Below are positions 55,900 to 62,005 of a stretch of DNA of 62,005 bases, in pieces. The stretch spans positions 1 to 62,005 of the IMG/VR virus record IMGVR_UViG_3300026848_000008; one strand, written 5' to 3'. The notes under the pieces were generated by a model, which saw only the letters and a list, made by a program, of their open reading frames with translations, ran no database searches and was not told the origin of the DNA. The DNA is from a virus (Duplodnaviria; Caudoviricetes). Within the stretch, counting starts at the first letter, position 1. Every line of letters begins with the position of its first letter. The translations under genes were made by a program, and so were the position numbers.

Positions 55900-56412
55900 A
55901 TGAGTTGGAATGGATTTGGCGGCCTGAACCTGTCGGGCGTCGAAGCGGAGAACGGGCGCTCTACCCTCAAGCCCGGCAGCTACACCTGCAAGATCGTCGA
56001 GGCCGAGGTCAAGGCGACCAAGGACAAGACGGGCCATGGCCTCGTGGTGGTGCTCGAAGCCGAAAGCGGCGAAGGCAAGGTGGACGACTTCATCAACCTG
56101 CACAACCGCAACGCCGACGCCGAACGCATCGGCAAGAGCCGCCTCAAGAGCCTGCTGGTCAACAGCGGCCACCCGAACCCGGATCATCCGGGCGACGTGA
56201 AGAGCCTGATCGGACGCCGGGTTGGCGTTCATGTCGAGCAAGGCCCCGATTGGACCGACAAGAACGGACAGACCCGTCCGGGCGGCGGGCAGCCGCGCCG
56301 CTCCGGTGCCTACTACAAGGTCGAGGCGCAGACCGGCTACGCCTCCAACCCCTCTGCTGGCTCGACGAGCGGCGGCTACAACGACGATCTGAACGACGAC
56401 ATTCCGTTCTAA
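55900..56412 (+). CDS. Single-stranded DNA-binding protein (DUF669-like)
   Basis: LKPGSYTCKIVEAEVK; acidic C-terminus DDIPF. Confidence 0.8.
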   Translation: MSWNGFGGLNLSGVEAENGRSTLKPGSYTCKIVEAEVKATKDKTGHGLVVVLEAESGEGKVDDFINLHNRNADAERIGKSRLKSLLVNSGHPNPDHPGDVKSLIGRRVGVHVEQGPDWTDKNGQTRPGGGQPRRSGAYYKVEAQTGYASNPSAGSTSGGYNDDLNDDIPF

Positions 56413-56436
56413 GCGATAGCCCATCGGGTCGCACCG

Positions 56437-57324
56437 ATGGCTAGTCCCGGTCGGGGGCGCGTCTCCTCCACAGACCTCGACCGGGACACCCTTTTCTCCC
56501 TCAAGGAACCCGTCTTGTCCGAAGCCGCTGACATCGTTGCCGCTATCAACGACGGGTATGGTCCCCGAGACCAGAAGCCTCGTCGCTACATCGGCGCGTC
56601 TGGCATCGGCAACAAGTGCGAGGCCGCGCTGGCCTTCGCGCTTCGCGGCTTCCCCGACGACAGCCCGGACCCCCAACTCCAGCGCATCTTCAACCTCGGC
56701 AACGTCGTGGAAGACATCGTGGTCCGCGACCTCACGAAGCGGGCCAAGCTCGACGTGATGGAGAACGACCCGCTCACCGGCAAGCAATGGCACTACGACT
56801 ACATGAACGGCCATATCCGGTGCAATCTCGACGGCCTGATCGAGCTTCCCTCGGGCCGTCTGCGCAACCTCGAAATCAAGTCGATGAACGATGCGTCTTG
56901 GACGAAGTTCATGGACCGGGGTGTCAGGTTCAGTCACCCCCACTACTTCGACCAGATGCAGATGCAGATGGCCATGAGCCGCACGGCGGACACGCTGTTC
57001 ATCGCATACAACAAGAACAACTCGAAGTATCACGCTGAAATCGTTGAGTTCGACGAGATTGAGTGGGCCTTCCTCAAGACGCGGATCGAGAGCGCGCTCC
57101 TGAACACGGCCCGGCGCATCGCCGGAGACGAAAGCGACTGGCGCTGCCGGGGCTGTTTCAAACGCACGTCGTGCTGGGGAAGTCCTGTCCTCGAACGCGA
57201 GTGCTACCACTGCCAGCACGCCTCTGCGGAGCCGGACGGTGGCTGGCACTGCCACCTTCACAACATGCCTGCGACTGCGACCTGCGGCTCGTTCGAGCGC
57301 TATCGCCCGCTGGCCAAGGAGTAA
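56437..57324 (+). CDS. Cas4-like PD-(D/E)XK exonuclease
   Basis: YIGASGIGNKC, LDG...LEIKS, YFDQMQ, CRGC...C Fe-S-type cysteines. Confidence 0.85.
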   Translation: MASPGRGRVSSTDLDRDTLFSLKEPVLSEAADIVAAINDGYGPRDQKPRRYIGASGIGNKCEAALAFALRGFPDDSPDPQLQRIFNLGNVVEDIVVRDLTKRAKLDVMENDPLTGKQWHYDYMNGHIRCNLDGLIELPSGRLRNLEIKSMNDASWTKFMDRGVRFSHPHYFDQMQMQMAMSRTADTLFIAYNKNNSKYHAEIVEFDEIEWAFLKTRIESALLNTARRIAGDESDWRCRGCFKRTSCWGSPVLERECYHCQHASAEPDGGWHCHLHNMPATATCGSFERYRPLAKE

Positions 57325-57330
57325 CCATCA

Positions 57331-57600
57331 GTGCTCGCCGACCTCCTCAAGAAATACCGGGCTGAATACGAAATCGTCGCCGAGACGCGCGACGAACTGT
57401 TCTCGATCAACCGTCGCATCGCCGACCTCTACGGCGACGAGGGGGGCAACCACGACGCTATCCGCCGGGCCAAGGACAAGGCGCACCATGTGACCAATAG
57501 CCTGTGCGCAGCCGAGAAGCGGCTGCGCCTGCTCCTGATCGACATCGAAGCCGCTCGGATCGAAGAGGGCTACGACTTCGCGCTGGCTCTTCCGCAATGA
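57331..57600 (+). CDS. Hypothetical coiled-coil protein
   Basis: AAGGAG SD, GTG start. Confidence 0.6.
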   Translation: MLADLLKKYRAEYEIVAETRDELFSINRRIADLYGDEGGNHDAIRRAKDKAHHVTNSLCAAEKRLRLLLIDIEAARIEEGYDFALALPQ

Positions 57601-57965
57601 AGGCCGACCGCAAGAACGCAGGGAAGGCCCGGCTCGACCTTATCGCGCTCCCGTCGCTGGAGGGGGCTGCGCGCGTCTTGGAATTTGGTTCGGGCAAATA
57701 CTCGGACTGGAATTGGGCGAAGGGGGCTGACTGGTCCGTCCCCATCGCCAGCCTGCTCCGGCACCTGTCGGCCATGCAGATGGGTGAACTTACCGATCCC
57801 GAGAGCGGCGAGCTTCATGCCGATCACATTCTCTGCAACGCCATCTATCTGGCTCATTATGCTCGGTTTTTCCCCGAGTTGAATGACCTCCCCAACCTTC
57901 AATCTCACCTCACCACCACAGGAGAAAGTCATGGGAAAGAGAGGACGCCACCCGGTCGCCGCTAG
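57597..57965 (+). CDS. dATP/dGTP diphosphohydrolase-like protein (DUF5664-like)
   Basis: GKARLDL...VLEFGSGKYSDWNWAKG...SLLRH...DPESGELHADH. Confidence 0.8.
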   Translation: MKADRKNAGKARLDLIALPSLEGAARVLEFGSGKYSDWNWAKGADWSVPIASLLRHLSAMQMGELTDPESGELHADHILCNAIYLAHYARFFPELNDLPNLQSHLTTTGESHGKERTPPGRR

Positions 57966-58581
57966 CCACATCTTCAATGCGCCAAACCACGGGCGGCGCA
58001 TCAGGAAGGACATGGTCGGCGGGCAATTCCGCAACATGAGCGAAATCCGCTGCTCAAGGTGCAGCGCGGTCGGAAGCATCATGATGAAGATGGTCCTGCC
58101 GGAACAGGTGATTGCCAAGAAGTTCGCCCAGAAGGGGTGGCTTCTCGACCCGGACATTTGCCCTGATTGCCAGATCACGACCACCACCACCACGGAGAAC
58201 GATATGACCACGAATACCAAGGAGGCGGTTCCCTCGACCGCCGCTATCAGGGCGCAGGCGCGGATGATGCGCCTGATTAGCGAGCACTTCGACGAAGACG
58301 CGGGGGAGTATCTCAACGGCTACTCCGACCAGAAGATTTCCGACGAGGTCGGGATCGCGCTGGCGTCGGTGCAGAACTTCCGGCGCGAAGGCTTCGGCGA
58401 ACTCAAGACGCCGGATGAACTGTCGTCCCTGCGGGACGACGTGGTCCTCTTCGAGATGCAAGTAGAGGAGATGCGCAAGTCCCTCGACAACACGATCAAC
58501 GAGGGCCTCGCCAAACTCGCCAAGGAACACAAGGCGCTCGCCGCCAAGGTCGAAGAACTCGCTCGGAAGGTCACACGATGA
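57931..58581 (+). CDS. Zn-ribbon + HTH-like hypothetical protein
   Basis: CSRC...CPDC then YLNGYSDQKISDEVG; CCACCACAGGAG RBS. Confidence 0.65.
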   Translation: MGKRGRHPVAASHIFNAPNHGRRIRKDMVGGQFRNMSEIRCSRCSAVGSIMMKMVLPEQVIAKKFAQKGWLLDPDICPDCQITTTTTTENDMTTNTKEAVPSTAAIRAQARMMRLISEHFDEDAGEYLNGYSDQKISDEVGIALASVQNFRREGFGELKTPDELSSLRDDVVLFEMQVEEMRKSLDNTINEGLAKLAKEHKALAAKVEELARKVTR

Positions 58582-59102
58582 TTACGCCCCCGATCACCAT
58601 CCTGCCCGGTGGCCTCAAGGAAGCCAAGGCGGCAGGCTACAACGCTCGCTGGAACGTTCTCGGGATCAAGATGTTCCGAGGCGTCCGGCACCCTGCGGCG
58701 ACCCTCATGCAGGAGGTCAGGGAGTGGCGGATCGTAGCCTCCGTCGTGGCGTTCTTCTGGGCCGCCGCCATCGCCTTGTCGATCTTCGTGACTCCCGCCG
58801 CCGTCGTGCTCGCCATGGCCCCCATCGGTGCCTTCCTGTTCCCGCCTGCCATGCGGGCGCTGGAGGCGCGGGGCCACGCTGTCGAGGTCTTGGTCGCCGC
58901 CGAATACTATGGCTACGATATGCCCCTGCTTCTCGAAAAAGAGGCGCGGGTCATGTCGGGCTATAAGTGCTTCAAGGGCTGGAGCAGGAATGAATGTTTC
59001 GCCCTTCTCGTCAAGGCTGGACCCGGCGCGGAGCGCTGGGTTTCCCGCAACCGGAAGCTGGTCCAGAAGTGGGCGCTCGCTCTGCCGGAGTCCTTCATGT
59101 GA
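58578..59102 (+). CDS. Membrane protein
   Basis: Central hydrophobic hairpin; ATGA overlap. Confidence 0.6.
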   Translation: MITPPITILPGGLKEAKAAGYNARWNVLGIKMFRGVRHPAATLMQEVREWRIVASVVAFFWAAAIALSIFVTPAAVVLAMAPIGAFLFPPAMRALEARGHAVEVLVAAEYYGYDMPLLLEKEARVMSGYKCFKGWSRNECFALLVKAGPGAERWVSRNRKLVQKWALALPESFM

Positions 59103-59365
59103 TGGAGGCTGGCCCCTACTGGCTTCGCATCGGCGAGGCATCGCGATACCTGCGGATCGCGGAGTCCACCTTCCGCAAGTATATGCAGAGTGGCATCATC
59201 CCGCCCGCCGGGAAGGTGATCGGGAAGGTCAGGCTGTGGTCCCGACCGGAACTTGACCTCTGCGCGGCGAACCCCCACAGACACGCTGGCAAGCCTGTGG
59301 AGGACGTGCTTAGTGCCTACGAGCGTGAAGCTCAAGAACGTCGTGAGGATCGACAGCCGGGGTAA
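59102..59365 (+). CDS. xis: Excisionase/AlpA-like HTH
   Basis: WLRIGEASRYLRIAESTFRKYM...PPAG...RLWSRPELD directly before int. Confidence 0.8.
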   Translation: MEAGPYWLRIGEASRYLRIAESTFRKYMQSGIIPPAGKVIGKVRLWSRPELDLCAANPHRHAGKPVEDVLSAYEREAQERREDRQPG

Positions 59366-60362
59366 CGCCTACTGGTATTACCGGAAGCGCGGACGACCGC
59401 TCGTTCGCCTTCCGGGGGTGCCCGGAGACCCTGCCTTCATGGCCAAGTGGGCGGAACTACAGGAGGAGGTCGAGCGCAAGGCTCCCGCCTCCGGCACCAT
59501 GGCCCACCTCATCGCTACATACAAAGCCTCTCCAGCCTATCTCGACTTAAAGCCGCTAACGCGGAAGGAGTATGACCGCGTCTTGGATCACATCGTGGAG
59601 AAGTTCGGCGCGGTGTCTGTGACGGACATCACGCACGGATTCGTTGCTCGGGTCAGGGATGCGAACATCGACCGGCGCAGGTTCGCCAACTACATTGTTC
59701 AGATAATGAACAGACTCATGAATTTTGCCGTCGAGCGAGGGGTCATAGGGCACAACCCCATTGGCCGCATTGCGCTCCTCAAGTTGGGTGATGGCCACCA
59801 ACCTTGGGATCAAATATCCATCAAAAAAGCCAAGACGGGAAAGTTGAGCTACCCCTATAATGTGTCATTTTTGATCGCAATCATGACCGGACAGCGCCGC
59901 GCGAACGTCTTGGGTCTGCGGTGGTCGGACTACGATGGCGAGTCACTCACGTTCCCGCCCCAGAAGCGAGGCCGTCCGGTTGTTATCCCGCTTTTTGGAG
60001 AGTTGAAGGAACTGCTGGATAAATTGTGCCCGGAGGATCGGGAGGGCTTCATCCTTGGCCGGGAGTTCTCGGGCCGCACCTTCTCGCGTGGCTTCCGGGC
60101 AGCCTGCGACAAGGTCGGCATCCCAAAGCACTTGACGTTCCATGGGCTGCGCTACACAGCCGCCGCGCTCTACGCGGACGCGGGCGCATCAGACGAGGAA
60201 ATCATGTCGATCACCGGGCATCGCTCGCTGGAAATGGTGTCCCGCTACGCCTCGAAGAGCCGGGGGAAAGTCCGTGCGACCAACGCCGTCTCGAAACTGA
60301 AAGTGCAAAACATTTTTGGAGAGTTGCAAAACAACGAGGATGACCAAGACGTAAGTGACTGA
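59313..60362 (+). CDS. int: Phage integrase (tyrosine recombinase)
   Basis: Arm-binding N-terminus YWYYRKRG...RLPG; TGQRR, FHGLR, ITGH, VSRY; ends 10 nt before the tRNA. Confidence 0.94.
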   Translation: MPTSVKLKNVVRIDSRGNAYWYYRKRGRPLVRLPGVPGDPAFMAKWAELQEEVERKAPASGTMAHLIATYKASPAYLDLKPLTRKEYDRVLDHIVEKFGAVSVTDITHGFVARVRDANIDRRRFANYIVQIMNRLMNFAVERGVIGHNPIGRIALLKLGDGHQPWDQISIKKAKTGKLSYPYNVSFLIAIMTGQRRANVLGLRWSDYDGESLTFPPQKRGRPVVIPLFGELKELLDKLCPEDREGFILGREFSGRTFSRGFRAACDKVGIPKHLTFHGLRYTAAALYADAGASDEEIMSITGHRSLEMVSRYASKSRGKVRATNAVSKLKVQNIFGELQNNEDDQDVSD

Positions 60363-60372
60363 TTTTCAAGGC

Positions 60373-60449
60373 GCGCCCGTAGCTCAGCAGGATAGAGCAC
60401 CAGATTCCTAATCTGGGGGCCACAGGTTCGAATCCTGTCGGGCGCACCA
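60373..60449 (+). tRNA. tRNA-Arg (anticodon CCT)
   Basis: GCGCCCG/CGGGCGC acceptor stem, CCAGA-TTCCTAA-TCTGG anticodon arm, GGTTCGAATCC T arm, encoded CCA. Confidence 0.97.
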
Positions 60450-60460
60450 TATCCACTAAA

Positions 60461-60660
60461 TTAGTCCCCACTTTCAATCACTTGCTGGTGGTTAGCCCAA
60501 TCGGGATTTGAGCCGTTAGCCAAATACCCGGCAGCGATCTCTGCCATGCGCTCCTGATCGGCCTCCCTGGTATAGCGGCTGACTTCGCTGTCGCAGCTGT
60601 GCCCCGTGATTGATTTGATGAGCTGGTTTGAGAGGCCGAGTTCAGCCCTGCGCCACTTTA
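60461..60660 (-). pseudogene. C-terminal remnant of a tyrosine integrase
   Basis: AELGLSNQLIKSITGHSCDSEVSRYTREADQ motif with no upstream catalytic region. Confidence 0.8.
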
Positions 60661-60775
60661 GCCGTGCGGTGAGGCAGAATTCCCCATAATTCCGCGCCTG
60701 GCGCTTGAGCATTGCGGCGAATTCGGCTTCAACTTTCGGTTGAAACCACATCGCCGGCATCGGCAGGGGACCCAA

Positions 60776-62005
60776 ATGCTCATCAACCTCGCCGGCATCG
60801 CCGCGATTCTGGCCGTGGCCTTTGCCATTTCGACCGGCCGCAAACGGATCAAGTTGAGGGTGGTCGCGGCAGCCTTTGCGCTGCAGGCGCTGATGGCGCT
60901 GTTCATCCTCGCCACACCCTGGGGCGTGGCCACCATGCAGGCGCTGACCTATGGCGTCTCCCAGTTGCTCGGCTATTCCGCTGAGGGAACCCGCTTCATC
61001 TTCGGCAATATCGCCAGTCCCGAAATAGGCGGCGGCGCCTTTGCGCTGCAGGCGCTTACCGTGATCATCTTTTTCGCTTCGCTGGTGGCGGTGCTCGATT
61101 ATCTCGGCATCATCGGCCTGATCGTGCGCTGGATCGGCGGGGCGATCCGGGTGATTACCGGGATCAGCCGGGTCGAATCCCTGACCGCAGCAGCCAATAT
61201 CTTCATCGGCCAGGGCGAGGCGCCGCTGGTGGTGAAGCACTATCTCGCCAATATGAGCCGCTCGCAGCTGTTCACTGTTATGACTGTGGGCATGACCAGC
61301 GTCGCCGGCTCGGTCATGGCCGCTTATATTGCCATGCTCGGTTCCGAGATCGCGCCCTATCTGCTCGCCGCGGCACTGATGTCGGCGCCGGCTGGCGTGC
61401 TGATGTCCAAGATGATCATGCCCGACGAGGAGGAGGAGATCGTCGAGCCCAAGCGCCTCCAATTCGACGAGGGCGGCGACGAAGCCCCGGCCAACGTCAT
61501 CATGGCCGCGGCCGATGGCGCGGCGACGGGGCTCAAGCTTGCCGCTGGCGTCGGTGCGATGTTGCTGGCGTTCGTCTCGCTTGTGGCCATGGCCAACGGT
61601 CTCCTCGGCGGGGGCGGCGCCCTGTTCGGACTGCCCGAACTGAGCTTCCAGCAATTGCTCGGCTATGTCTTCTCACCGATCATGTACCTGCTCGGAATTC
61701 CCTGGAACGAGGCGATCCAGGCGGGCGGGTTGTTTGGCGAAAAGGTCGTGCTCAATGAATTTGTCGCCTTCCTCGACCTTCAGGCGCAGCAGGACGATTT
61801 GAGTCCGCGTACAGTCCAGGTCCTCAGCTTCGCCTTGTGCGGCTTCGCCAATTTCAGCTCGATCGCGATCCAGATGGCGGCTTTCGGCAGCCTCGCGCCC
61901 AACCAGCGCGCCAATGTAGCCCGGCTGGGCGTGCGGGCGCTGGCGGCCGCTTCGCTCGCCAATCTGATGAGTGCGGCGCTGGCAGGCCTGTTCATAACCG
62001 TCTGA
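60776..62005 (+). CDS. nupC: Host CNT-family nucleoside transporter
   Basis: AANIFIGQGEAPL, SVAGSV, LMSAPA, NEFVAF, ALCGFANFSSIAIQ motifs. Confidence 0.93.
   Translation: MLINLAGIAAILAVAFAISTGRKRIKLRVVAAAFALQALMALFILATPWGVATMQALTYGVSQLLGYSAEGTRFIFGNIASPEIGGGAFALQALTVIIFFASLVAVLDYLGIIGLIVRWIGGAIRVITGISRVESLTAAANIFIGQGEAPLVVKHYLANMSRSQLFTVMTVGMTSVAGSVMAAYIAMLGSEIAPYLLAAALMSAPAGVLMSKMIMPDEEEEIVEPKRLQFDEGGDEAPANVIMAAADGAATGLKLAAGVGAMLLAFVSLVAMANGLLGGGGALFGLPELSFQQLLGYVFSPIMYLLGIPWNEAIQAGGLFGEKVVLNEFVAFLDLQAQQDDLSPRTVQVLSFALCGFANFSSIAIQMAAFGSLAPNQRANVARLGVRALAAASLANLMSAALAGLFITV

Larger units (their letters stand above)
1..60362. mobile_element. Temperate podovirus-like prophage (left end outside window)
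   Basis: Terminase, portal, capsid, adaptor/nozzle and ejection proteins with no tape-measure or tail-tube genes; xis+int next to a tRNA; host transporter beyond. Confidence 0.93.

Noticed and set aside
56437-57324. Cas4-like gene as evidence of CRISPR-Cas
   Set aside because: No repeat-spacer array or other cas genes; it sits in a standard Sak4/SSB recombination module.
57597-57965. Sign of a 2-aminoadenine (Z) or other modified-base genome
   Set aside because: No purZ, DNA polymerase or base-modification genes in the window, and the phage is integrated in host DNA.
58578-59102. Metallopeptidase or superinfection-exclusion call
   Set aside because: QEVRE lacks the His ligands of HExxH; function cannot be supported beyond membrane protein.
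60461-61654. 397-aa minus-strand ORF as a gene
   Set aside because: Mostly the antisense shadow of nupC; only the last ~65 codons resemble an integrase C-terminus.

Overview
Positions 1-60362 are the right-hand ~60 kb of a high-GC temperate podovirus-like prophage, which continues beyond the left edge. It abuts the 5' end of a tRNA-Arg(CCT) gene (60373-60449). After the tRNA come a relic integrase fragment and a host CNT/NupC nucleoside transporter. The host is probably an alphaproteobacterium (inference from regulatory motifs). Layout: (i) minus-strand late module at 32.5 kb to 1, with terminase, portal, tail fibre, scaffold, major capsid, adaptor/nozzle, GNAT, ejected internal proteins, lytic transglycosylase and a 3176-aa polyvalent protein carrying two HExxH motifs and an ADP-ribosyltransferase-like domain; (ii) plus-strand early/accessory module at 32.9-48.7 kb, with a histone-H1-like protein, SPFH, a CobS/CobT-like AAA-vWA pair, a Ser/Thr phosphatase, a LuxR-type HTH and a second tyrosine recombinase; (iii) minus-strand holin/spanin, resolvase and GcrA-like regulator block; (iv) replication/recombination genes (PrimPol-helicase, Sak4-like ATPase, SSB, Cas4-like nuclease), then xis and int. 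The most striking unannotated signal is a regulatory circuit readable from the intergenic DNA. No CI-like repressor is evident. There are four perfect alphaproteobacterial LexA boxes, an ACACC-N4-GGTGT operator family and seven GGACGA(C/T) putative late promoters, three of which give leaderless starts. A shared CCACCACAGGAG ribosome-binding motif has an exact antisense copy at the end of the early operon. All protein calls come from motif recognition by eye, not database searches.
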